Below are positions 39,324-48,081 of a stretch of 64,000 nucleotides of DNA, piece after piece. The position numbers were made by a program, and so were the translations under genes. Under the pieces are notes generated by a model. That model did no database searches and had not been told where the DNA came from. It saw nothing but the letters and a program-made list of their open reading frames with translations. Position 1 is the stretch's first letter. The number at the start of each line of letters is the position of its first letter. The DNA comes from Candidatus Latescibacterota bacterium (lineage in GTDB: Bacteria; Latescibacterota; UBA2968; UBA8231): the NCBI GenBank assembly GCA_965243025.1, contig CBDETY010000003.1:5152001-5216000 (forward strand). The letters are read 5' to 3'.

Positions 39324-40652
39324 TCAGTTGCCCTGCCATTCCAGGAGGACGACCTCTTCTCGCAGTTGGTCCCCCGTAACTGTTGATGGTCTGGTCCGAA
39401 ACAGGTCGATGCCGGTGACTTTGTAGTTCAGGGATCGGGCGAGATCCGCAAGCAACTGTCCGGTGCGGATCATTACCCTCAAATAGGAAGCCTGGTCACC
39501 CACCACATAGGCGAGCTTTGCTCCCGGCGTGAGGACCGGTCTGAGGGAGGCAAGATGCCGTGCCATTCCGCCGAAGTACAGCTGGGTCACCCGCGGGTAC
39601 AGTCGTTCGAATCCGGATGTTTTTCCCAACTCGATACGGCGTCTCTCTATGGCCTCGGCGATTTTTCGTATCTCCACGTTGTCCGCAACCTCGTGGTCAT
39701 CGGTATCTGATTTATACACTCCCCTGGTATTGGATCTGACCAGGGTCTGTTTCAGAGATCGCAATTCCTTTCTGTCACGAATGAGTCCCAGGATGACCGA
39801 TTCCAGCCGCGTGGTGCGGGTGTAGTCCTTCTCGTTCGGGTACGGTGGAGAGGTAATTACGGCATTTATGGACTGTGGTTTCAGGATTTCGCCGGCTCCC
39901 CGCGAATCTGCCTTGATAACCCGCGCAGGGACGTCAGCCTGGTCTTTGTTCAGACGAAGGTCATGGATCATGGTCCGCATGCTGTCGACCCAGGCCTCCG
40001 AAACCGGAGCGTCCTTCTTGATCTGACCCACTCCCACTTCCGGGCCGAATTTCAGGTTGCCGATACGGTGAACCAGGGAACTCGCGAGCGCGAGCCGTCC
40101 GTATTGCTGCACCCGGCTGTCGCCGTGCCTGTCGATGGAGTCCAGCAGTACCAGCGTCTTGTGCAGCGGTAACGGGCTGATCGAGTCCTTCAGCAACAGT
40201 TTCGCCTGTTCCGGTGGAAGTCCTCGCAGCGAGGGGCGACGGCGTTTCTTCGCGGCAAACAGAGGAACGTCGTCCCACTCGTCGATCCCCTGCTGCTTCA
40301 GAGTCCTTCTCGCAGACGACACAACCTCCCGGGCATAGTCCTGGAGTTGGGTGGACTCGACCGACCAATCGACCTTCACCGAACTTGCGAAATGGGCCAT
40401 CGGTGTCGACTCGATGCCGACGCTGCCGATACCGAGTTTCTTGCACTCGACCAGTGTCGTTCCCGTTCCACAGAAGGGGTCGAGAACCGTGTCCGAGGCG
40501 GCGACGCCGAAACGGTCTACATAGTCCTGAACCAGATGAGGTGGGAACGACAGAACGAACCGGTACCAGTCGTGGATCCCCTTGTCCTCCGGGCGCAGCT
40601 TGTTCTGGCTCTCCCGGGAACGGGCAGTATTGGAAAGAACCTCGATCGGCAT
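39324..40652 (-). CDS. DNA amino-methyltransferase (likely N4-cytosine)
   Basis: DPFCGTGTT (motif I) precedes TSPPY (motif IV). Confidence 0.88.
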   Translation of the reverse strand: MPIEVLSNTARSRESQNKLRPEDKGIHDWYRFVLSFPPHLVQDYVDRFGVAASDTVLDPFCGTGTTLVECKKLGIGSVGIESTPMAHFASSVKVDWSVESTQLQDYAREVVSSARRTLKQQGIDEWDDVPLFAAKKRRRPSLRGLPPEQAKLLLKDSISPLPLHKTLVLLDSIDRHGDSRVQQYGRLALASSLVHRIGNLKFGPEVGVGQIKKDAPVSEAWVDSMRTMIHDLRLNKDQADVPARVIKADSRGAGEILKPQSINAVITSPPYPNEKDYTRTTRLESVILGLIRDRKELRSLKQTLVRSNTRGVYKSDTDDHEVADNVEIRKIAEAIERRRIELGKTSGFERLYPRVTQLYFGGMARHLASLRPVLTPGAKLAYVVGDQASYLRVMIRTGQLLADLARSLNYKVTGIDLFRTRPSTVTGDQLREEVVLLEWQGN

Positions 40653-41001
40653 GGGCAGGTACAGGCAATCAGGCAGGTTTAACCAGCAGTCTACGAAATC
40701 CCGTCAGTCGGTGACAGCCACCAAAATGCTGTCGCCAAAAGGGCACGTGCAGGGTGGCTTCTCCTGTCATTGAACATTCTCGAGTTCTGCCGGTACTCAA
40801 CGGAAATTTCCTTTCCCCGACTATGACGTTTGTGTAGCCGTTCAGGCTAGCCGCGCCGACCAGATGATTTCGTCCAGGACCTTTGGTGCCCCCGGTGTCC
40901 AGAATTGATGGCCGGCCTATGGGGATGATCAGGGGTGACTGTTTTCTGGTCGAATTCATCCGATCCGAGAGGTTTTCTGCTTGGATTAGACACTAACAGA
41001 T

Positions 41002-41024
41002 TACTAATCTGCGCTGAATTAGTA
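41002..41024. promoter_or_regulatory. Palindromic site TACTAAT-N9-ATTAGTA (copy 2)
   Basis: Perfect 7-bp inverted repeat just downstream of fic. Confidence 0.55.
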
Positions 41025-41063
41025 TGGCGATGCTGGGAACCGATGTATTCGGGAAGCAGGGGA

Positions 41064-42410
41064 TTATCTCCATGGTGTCCCGGAGAGGCGATTTTCCAGA
41101 TCGGCGACGGGGTTGAAGTACCACCGATTTCTGAGCTTGCGGGCGTCCAGCAATCCGGCCTTCACAAGTTCGAGCAGGTCGGTGCGGGCGGTCTGGTAGA
41201 CGACGCCGTGGCTCATTCGGTGCTCATGGATGGTGTACCGGTAGTTCGGATGGCGCAGGGCGTGGCCGAGAAGTGCGCGCTGGCGGTGGTTGAGATCGGT
41301 GAGTCCCTGCAATACCGACTCCAGTTGCTGTCGCTGCTGACTCTTGCGGGCGATGTACTGGTTCAGCGCCCGCACGGCGTGGTCGAGAACTCCGAGGTGA
41401 TAGTGGATGAAATAGGTGAGGTCGTTGTCGTCGGTCTCGGTGTACAGGAATGCACGAGCGTACTGCGCGGGAGCACGGCGGATGATGTGGGAGATCGTGA
41501 GGAACTCGACCAGCCGGTATCCGTGCCGCAGCATCGACCAGTAGAACAGCGCCCGTGCCGTTCGCCCATTGCCGTCGGCGAACGGGTGCTCGTAGGCCAG
41601 CCAGAAGTGAAGGACGATGGAACGCAGCACGGGATGGACAAACGGTCCTGAGTCGTCTTCGGTGGCGTTGGCGAAGGCGCACATTTCATCCAGGCGCTGC
41701 GGAAGCTGCCCGGCAGGGGGTGGGGTGTGCAGCACGGTGACGTCGCGCTCGTCGACCACGTGTATGGACTCTTCGGGGCGGCGCAGCCGCCCGGCGGCAG
41801 TGTCGTCGTCGATCGTTCCGTGAGTCACCGAATGTTGAATTTCGAACAGGAGGTCCGGGGACAGAGGAGAATCCTTGTGGCTGCGGATCGCCTGCATGGT
41901 GCGGTAGTTGTTGAGGATCATGCGCTCGCTCCGGTCGGCTGGTGCACGCCCGGAACGGATCATTTCCTTGGCGACCTGGCGCGGCGTGGAAGCACCCTCG
42001 AGCTGGCTCGAGGTGATCGCCTCTTCGATAAGCGACCCAACATAGTACTGATCCCGCGTTTCCGGGTTGGTGATCTGGTCCGGCATGCCTACGCGCCCAC
42101 CGGCGTTCAAGTCGATGCGGTGCAGCAGCTCTTGAATGACAGCTGGCAGGCTGTAGCGAAAGAACCTCTGCGAGTCATCCCGGAGAGGTATCATTTGGGC
42201 AGACGCATTCCGCGGGATCTTCTCGGCCACCCACCACTCCTCATGGGTCAAGCCGTCCGGCGGCGGGCGCCTCCGCAGCTCGTCCCAATGCAGGTACCGG
42301 TCGCTGGTGCTGTCTGAACTGCTGGTCAGCAACTGGTTAAATCGCTGTGGATCCGCAGCGACCCTTTGCATCAGGGGAATGAAGTCTGGAGGCTTTTGAG
42401 GAATCCTCAT
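41064..42410 (-). CDS. Fic family protein with C-terminal winged-helix domain
   Basis: HPFADGNGRTAR; inhibitory SSQLEG motif; TARTDLLEL...G wHTH. Confidence 0.9.
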   Translation of the reverse strand: MRIPQKPPDFIPLMQRVAADPQRFNQLLTSSSDSTSDRYLHWDELRRRPPPDGLTHEEWWVAEKIPRNASAQMIPLRDDSQRFFRYSLPAVIQELLHRIDLNAGGRVGMPDQITNPETRDQYYVGSLIEEAITSSQLEGASTPRQVAKEMIRSGRAPADRSERMILNNYRTMQAIRSHKDSPLSPDLLFEIQHSVTHGTIDDDTAAGRLRRPEESIHVVDERDVTVLHTPPPAGQLPQRLDEMCAFANATEDDSGPFVHPVLRSIVLHFWLAYEHPFADGNGRTARALFYWSMLRHGYRLVEFLTISHIIRRAPAQYARAFLYTETDDNDLTYFIHYHLGVLDHAVRALNQYIARKSQQRQQLESVLQGLTDLNHRQRALLGHALRHPNYRYTIHEHRMSHGVVYQTARTDLLELVKAGLLDARKLRNRWYFNPVADLENRLSGTPWR

Positions 42411-42421
42411 AGTAAATACAT

Positions 42422-42444
42422 TACTAATCGCTGCTAAATTAGTA
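42422..42444. promoter_or_regulatory. Palindromic site TACTAAT-N9-ATTAGTA (copy 3)
   Basis: Perfect inverted repeat about 12 nt upstream of the fic ATG. Confidence 0.6.
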
Positions 42445-42499
42445 AAGTAGACGGTGGCGGAGCTGTCCGATTTCAACGGACGCCCCGTCCGACGACACC

Positions 42500-44668
42500 A
42501 TGGAAGTCAGAGAATTCGCGGAGCAGGTGCTTTTCGGCACCACCCTCGAGGACAAGCTGATCGACGGCGGGCGCTACCACCGCGGCCACCCGGCCTGTCC
42601 CATCGCCGCTCCCGGCGAGCCGGGACGCCCCAAGTCGCTGGCGCTGGGCGGCTGGAACGACCGCGAGCGCATCCGCTTCCGCGAGGTGCGGGGGTTCCAC
42701 AGCGAAAAGGAGCGCGGCCTCGTCCTGCACTTCTTCGCCAACCACGAGCTCCTCGCCATCGAGCTGATGGCCTTGGCGCTGCTGAAGTTTCCCGACGCCC
42801 CGGAGAAGTTCCGCCGCGGGCTCTACGGCATCCTGCGGGAGGAGCAGGAGCACCTGCGCCTCTACATCGAGCGCATGCGCGGCATCGGCGTCGAGTTCGG
42901 GGAGATCCCGGTCAGCGACTTCTTCTGGCGCTGCATCTCGCCGGTGGAGTCCCCGATCGAATTCGTCACCCGCCTCAGCCTCACCTTGGAGCAGGCCAAC
43001 CTCGACTACGCCCCGTACTACGCTTCGGTTTACGGCGAGCTGGGGGACGACGAGACGGCGCGGCTGATGCAGCGCATCTACCGGGACGAGATCGGCCACG
43101 TGAAGCACGGCCTGACCTGGTTCAACAGCTGGCGCGACCCGGACCTCGGCGAGTGGGAGGCCTACACCCGGACCCTGGCTCCGCCCCTGGACCCGGGGCG
43201 CGCCAAGGGGATCGGCTTCAACGCGGAGGGGCGCCGGAAAGCGGGCCTTTCCGAGGCCTTCATCGGCGAGCTGCGGGTCCACTCCCAGTCGCGGGGACGC
43301 CCTCCCTCGGTGTTCTGGTTCAACCCGGCCTGCGACCGCTGCGCCGGCCTGGACGGAGTGCAGACGCCGCCGAAGTGGATGGCGCAGGTAGCCGCAGACC
43401 TGGAGACGGTGCCTGGCCTGGCCTGCGCCGCCGGAGACGTCGTTCTGGTCGGCCGCCGGCCGCGGCGGGAGCATCTGTCGGAGCTGCAGGCCGCGGGTCT
43501 GGAGATTCCGGAGTTCGCCCTCTTCGACGGCACCGCCGGCCTCGAAGGCCATCCGCTGGCAGAGCGCAGGCTCGGCGCCCTGCGTCCCTGGGGGGTGGCT
43601 CCCGACAGCGAGCAGCTGCTGGCGCCGCTGAAGGGCAGCGTCGCCGGCCCGCGGAAAGGTCCGGCCTGGAGCGGCGCCCTGCGCCGGCTGTACTCGAAGG
43701 AGTGGAGCGCCGCCCTGCTCGCGGAGTTCCTCGAAGGCAGGCGGGAGCACTGGCTGTGCGGCGCCGGCGTGGTCGGGCAGCGGTGCGGGTCAATGGGGGA
43801 GGTCCGGCAGGCGCTCGACCTGCTGGGGGAACGGGGCTGGAGCCGGGCGGTGATCAAGGCCCCGTTCGGCGCTGCCGGCCGCGGTCAGATCCGGCTCTCG
43901 ACGGCTGCGAAGCCCGGAGAAGCCGAGGACCCTCTGGAAGGGGCGAAGCGGGGACGGGTGGAACGGTTGCTGGCCGAGCAGGGTGCGGTCGTGGTGGAAC
44001 CGCTGCTGGAAGGGGTGGCCGACCTGTCGGCCCAGTACGAGGTCGGTGCCGGCGGGAAGGCGGTCCTGCTCGGGATCACGCGGTTCGTCACCGACGGCCG
44101 CGGGCAGTACCTCGGCTCCTTCCTGCACCGCAAGGTCGACGGGCTCGACGAGCAGGTGCGCCGGTTCCTGTACGGGGACGGCCGGGACAGCCGGCGCCTG
44201 CGGCGCCTCTACGAAGAGCTGGCCGGGCATATGGGACCCGGGCTGGCGGCGGCCGGTTTCTCCGGTCCCCTCGGGGTGGACGCGCTGGTCTACCGGGACC
44301 GCGGCCGGCTGCGGCTGAAACCGGTGATCGAGGTGAACCCGCGCATGACCATGGGCAGGGTGGCCCTGCAGCTGGCGCGGCGGGTCCACGCGGCCGGCAC
44401 CGCCCTGTGGCTGATGCTGCGGGTCCGCGACATCGAGGCAGCCGGCTTCGAGAACGCCGGTGCCTTCGCCGGTGAGATGCGGCGGCGCCACCCGGTCGAG
44501 ATGATCCCGGAGGGAGACCTGGTATCGAAGGGGGTGCTGTTCACCACCGATCCCAAGAGGGCCAAGGCATTCCTCACCCTGCTGGTGGCCGCCGAATCGC
44601 TGGAGGAGTGCAAGGCCTGGTTCGAGCCCTGGGGGGGACGCCTGAGCGAGTGGACGCGCCGCTGCTGA
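42500..44668 (+). CDS. DUF455 ferritin-like diiron domain fused to an ATP-grasp domain
   Basis: HFFANHELLAIE, EEQEH, LEQANLD, DEIGHV; VIKAPFGAAGRG, VVEP, GPLGVD, IEVNPRMT. Confidence 0.75.
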   Translation: MEVREFAEQVLFGTTLEDKLIDGGRYHRGHPACPIAAPGEPGRPKSLALGGWNDRERIRFREVRGFHSEKERGLVLHFFANHELLAIELMALALLKFPDAPEKFRRGLYGILREEQEHLRLYIERMRGIGVEFGEIPVSDFFWRCISPVESPIEFVTRLSLTLEQANLDYAPYYASVYGELGDDETARLMQRIYRDEIGHVKHGLTWFNSWRDPDLGEWEAYTRTLAPPLDPGRAKGIGFNAEGRRKAGLSEAFIGELRVHSQSRGRPPSVFWFNPACDRCAGLDGVQTPPKWMAQVAADLETVPGLACAAGDVVLVGRRPRREHLSELQAAGLEIPEFALFDGTAGLEGHPLAERRLGALRPWGVAPDSEQLLAPLKGSVAGPRKGPAWSGALRRLYSKEWSAALLAEFLEGRREHWLCGAGVVGQRCGSMGEVRQALDLLGERGWSRAVIKAPFGAAGRGQIRLSTAAKPGEAEDPLEGAKRGRVERLLAEQGAVVVEPLLEGVADLSAQYEVGAGGKAVLLGITRFVTDGRGQYLGSFLHRKVDGLDEQVRRFLYGDGRDSRRLRRLYEELAGHMGPGLAAAGFSGPLGVDALVYRDRGRLRLKPVIEVNPRMTMGRVALQLARRVHAAGTALWLMLRVRDIEAAGFENAGAFAGEMRRRHPVEMIPEGDLVSKGVLFTTDPKRAKAFLTLLVAAESLEECKAWFEPWGGRLSEWTRRC

Positions 44669-44895
44669 GCGCAAGCGAACTCCCGGACCTGAACAGCCCC
44701 GCGAGGAAATAGTCCATCCGGGCTGCGACCAGCACGACCCGGCCCCGCCTGAAGAGCAACTGTATCAACTGGCTGTCGAGCAACGGACCGGTCCCGTTAT
44801 AGTCGCACTCCCTACTTTAGTTCTTCAGGCTTCGGGCCATGCCAAACCGAAGCAGCCCCGCCGCGCAGTGAAACCGAAAGCTCGAGAGGAGACCC

Positions 44896-45744
44896 ATGAC
44901 CCGCTGGATCTTCGTCAGCGACCTGCAACTCAGGCCCGACGACCGCGAGCACGAGGAGCGCCGGCGCCTGTTGATCGAGCAGGTCGCCGCTGAAAGACCG
45001 GACTTCGTCATCGACGGCGGCGACCACGTCGCCGGCGCCGTGAACGACGAACCGGAGGAAGCGGAAAGAGTAGCGCTCATGTGGACGGCCTACCACCGCG
45101 TCGTGAAGCCCCTGCGGGGGCTGTGCCCGGTGATATCGACGGTCGGCAACCACGACCAGACCGGATCCGATCCTTCATCGGAGGAGTTCCTGCGCCAGGT
45201 AGGGCGCCAGGGCCGGCGGACATGGCATGCCGGAACGATCGGCGGTGTCCATATCGCCGTCCTCGATGTCCTCAACGGCAGGCACCGCGGCGGTTTTGCC
45301 GACCGCGCGCAGGCGCGATGGCTGCGGCGGGATCTGCGGTCGCCGCGGCGGGCGCCCTGCACGGTCGTTGCGGGGCATTATCCGGTTCTGGTGGCGCCCT
45401 GGGTGCGCGAGCACTCGGTGCTGTGCGACGAAGAACCGGGCGACCCCGGGCCGCTGCTCCCGATGCTGCTCGAGGGGGGCGTCGACCTCTACCTTTGCGG
45501 TCACCTTCACGCCTACGAGCGGGCCCGCCACGGGACGTTGACGCAGGTGATGACGAGCGCGTCCGACATCTTCTTCGACGACATGGAAAAGAAACCGGGG
45601 GAGCACAGGATCGCCTTCGACAGGCGGCAGAGCTACGTTCGTTTCACTCTGGAGGATTCGACGATTCTGGGGGAGGCGGTCTCGGCGGATGGGAACATCA
45701 TCGACGAGTGGAGTCAGGAACTGCTCCCCAAGCCGCGGGCCTGA
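44896..45744 (+). CDS. Calcineurin-like metallophosphoesterase
   Basis: SDLQ, GGDH, GNHD, GHYP, GHLH.YER. Confidence 0.82.
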   Translation: MTRWIFVSDLQLRPDDREHEERRRLLIEQVAAERPDFVIDGGDHVAGAVNDEPEEAERVALMWTAYHRVVKPLRGLCPVISTVGNHDQTGSDPSSEEFLRQVGRQGRRTWHAGTIGGVHIAVLDVLNGRHRGGFADRAQARWLRRDLRSPRRAPCTVVAGHYPVLVAPWVREHSVLCDEEPGDPGPLLPMLLEGGVDLYLCGHLHAYERARHGTLTQVMTSASDIFFDDMEKKPGEHRIAFDRRQSYVRFTLEDSTILGEAVSADGNIIDEWSQELLPKPRA

Positions 45745-45936
45745 ACTGCCTGCGCGCGGAATCAAGCGAACGAACGAGGGCGGCGAGCCGGGATGCAGCG
45801 CCGGAATTCAAGGGGAATTGGGCTAGCAGTCACCGGTCCGCAACCCCCGGGGGTTGAATGCCAGGTGCGTGGATGAGCTGGGTACCCGGTCAGCGAGAAC
45901 CCGGGGAATTCACGGGGAAAAGAGAAAGGAAGAGAA

Positions 45937-46620
45937 TTGGGAACGTATTCCGTACAAGTTGAGATGCGGTTCCTCAGCCCGGGGCCGCAGCCGAACGGGC
46001 TGCATGCCGCAGAGGACGGGCTGTGGATCATCGACCAGGTATCGCTCAAGGCGCAGAAGGTCGACTGGGACACCGGGGCCCTGCTGCACGAAGTCGACAC
46101 GGAGACCGAGCATTCGAGCGGCATCACCATGGGGGACGACGGCGCCCTCTGGATCAGCTCTACCTTCGGGCTGGACATCGTCAAGGTCGATCCCCGGACC
46201 GGAAAGACCTTTGCCCGCCACCCCGATCCCGGGAGAGGGTTGGTGGCAGCGGCCGAGAGCGCGGAGAACCCCCGCGAGTCGAGCTCGCACGGGCTGGAGT
46301 GGCGCGACGGCAGGATCTACGCCGCGGCCCCGCCGACGCAGCGGCTCCACGTCATCGACGTGGAAACCTGGGAGGAGGTCGGGCAGTTCCCCACCGGGGG
46401 GCTCCGGGTGCACGGGATCGCCTGGGACGAGTCGGGCATGCTGTGGGTGTCCGATACCTCGGCCGGGACCGTGGTCCTGATGGACCTCGACCGGGACGGC
46501 AGGATCTGCGACGTGTTCCGCGTCAACGAGCCGGACGAGGTGCACGGGATGACGGCGCGCGGCGGCGAGTTGTGGTACTGCGACGCGACCACCCGGGAAA
46601 TCGGCGTTCTGCGCAGGTAG
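45937..46620 (+). CDS. Beta-propeller protein (Vgb lyase/glutaminyl cyclase-like)
   Basis: Repeats PNGL, SSGIT..LW, SHGLEW, VHGIAW..LW, VHGMT..LW. Confidence 0.65.
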   Translation: MGTYSVQVEMRFLSPGPQPNGLHAAEDGLWIIDQVSLKAQKVDWDTGALLHEVDTETEHSSGITMGDDGALWISSTFGLDIVKVDPRTGKTFARHPDPGRGLVAAAESAENPRESSSHGLEWRDGRIYAAAPPTQRLHVIDVETWEEVGQFPTGGLRVHGIAWDESGMLWVSDTSAGTVVLMDLDRDGRICDVFRVNEPDEVHGMTARGGELWYCDATTREIGVLRR

Positions 46621-46809
46621 ACCGCGTGCCCACTGAGTGCGGTTGGGGGGTTCGCAAACCGGCGCCGGAATGCCGGTTCAGGAACCGCACCTGGAACCGG
46701 ACGAGACCGCCCGGATCCCCGCCTGAAGCCCGGCCGCGGCCGGCTTGACCGTCCCGGAGCCGCCCGGTAAGTTCCGGTCCCCACGCAGAAAACCATCCGG
46801 AATTCCCTC

Positions 46810-48081
46810 TTGAAAGCCAATCTGGACCTCGTCGTTGTCGGCGGCGGACCCGCCGGCGCCACGGCGGCGCTGTACGCCAGGAAACACGGCCTGTCGGTCG
46901 CCCTTCTGGACCGCGCCCGCTTTCCCCGCGACAAGGTCTGCGGCGACGCCCTCTCGGGTAAATCGCTGGCCATCCTGCTCGACCTGGGTCTCCTCGACAA
47001 GGTCAGGGCGCTTCCGGGGGCCCGCATCGACAGGGTCGTCTTCGGCAGCCCCAGGCACGTGAACGCCGACATCGACCTGTCGACGCGCCCCCTGCACGAC
47101 ACCGCGACCGGCCGCGACATCAAGATGGAAGGCTCGGTGATCCGGCGGGAGATCTTCGACAACTTCCTGTTCCAGGAGGCGAAGGCTGCCGCCGACGAGT
47201 GCCGCGAGGGATTCCAGGTAACCCGGCTGTCGCGGCGCGGCGGCGCGGTGACCGGGGTCACCGGCAGAGCGGAGGACGGATCCCTAGTCGAGATCGGGGC
47301 CGACCTCGTGCTCGGGTGCGACGGCTTCAGCTCCATCGTCGCCCGGCAGACGGACCTGTACAACCACGACAGCCGCCACTGGGTGGTGGCGATCCGCCAG
47401 TACTACGAGAACGTCGAGGGCCTCGACAGCCAGATCGAGCTCCACTTCGTCGACGAGGTCATCCCCGGCTACTTCTGGGCCTTCCCGCTGGAAAACGGGT
47501 TCGCCAACATCGGCATCGGCATGCTGCAGGAGTCGATGAAGAAGAGGAAGGTCGACCTGCGGAAGGCCCTGGAGCAGGTGATCTCCCGGCCTCCCTTCGC
47601 CGAGCGTTTCGCCGCGGCGCGGCCGCTGGAGAAGCCGGTCGGCTGGAACCTGCCGATCGGCAGCACGCGGCGGAAGGCGCACGCCGACGGCGTCATGCTG
47701 CTCGGCGACGCGGCCGGGCTGATCGACCCGTTCACCGGCGAGGGGATCGGCAACGCCCTCTACTCGGCGAAGTTCGCGATCGAGACCGCGGCCGAAGCGA
47801 AGCGGGAAGGCGACTTCAGCGAGGCCTTCCTCAAGCGCTACGAGGACCGCCTGTGGGACTCCCTCGGCGACGAGCTGAAGACGAGCACGCGCATGCAGAA
47901 CCTCGGCAACTGGCGGCCGCTGCTGAACTTCGTCATCGGCAAGGCGGCGCGGAGCGAGCGGGTCAGAGACATGATCTGCGCCATGATCGCCAACGCGGCG
48001 CCGAAGGAAGAGCTCACCAGCCCGCTGTTCTACCTCAAGCTGCTGTTCAACACCCTGCCCAACGGACGCAGCCGCGCATGA
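46810..48081 (+). CDS. Geranylgeranyl reductase family FAD oxidoreductase
   Basis: GGGPAG, FPRDKVCGD, GYFWAFP, GDAAGLIDPFTGEGI. Confidence 0.88.
   Translation: MKANLDLVVVGGGPAGATAALYARKHGLSVALLDRARFPRDKVCGDALSGKSLAILLDLGLLDKVRALPGARIDRVVFGSPRHVNADIDLSTRPLHDTATGRDIKMEGSVIRREIFDNFLFQEAKAAADECREGFQVTRLSRRGGAVTGVTGRAEDGSLVEIGADLVLGCDGFSSIVARQTDLYNHDSRHWVVAIRQYYENVEGLDSQIELHFVDEVIPGYFWAFPLENGFANIGIGMLQESMKKRKVDLRKALEQVISRPPFAERFAAARPLEKPVGWNLPIGSTRRKAHADGVMLLGDAAGLIDPFTGEGIGNALYSAKFAIETAAEAKREGDFSEAFLKRYEDRLWDSLGDELKTSTRMQNLGNWRPLLNFVIGKAARSERVRDMICAMIANAAPKEELTSPLFYLKLLFNTLPNGRSRA

Noticed and set aside
40669-40959. 96-aa ORF as an R-M controller (C) protein
   Set aside because: No HTH signature; looks like non-coding or decayed sequence
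22360-42500. Integron cassette array
   Set aside because: Genes alternate orientation, there is no integrase, and no repeated attC-like sites were recognised
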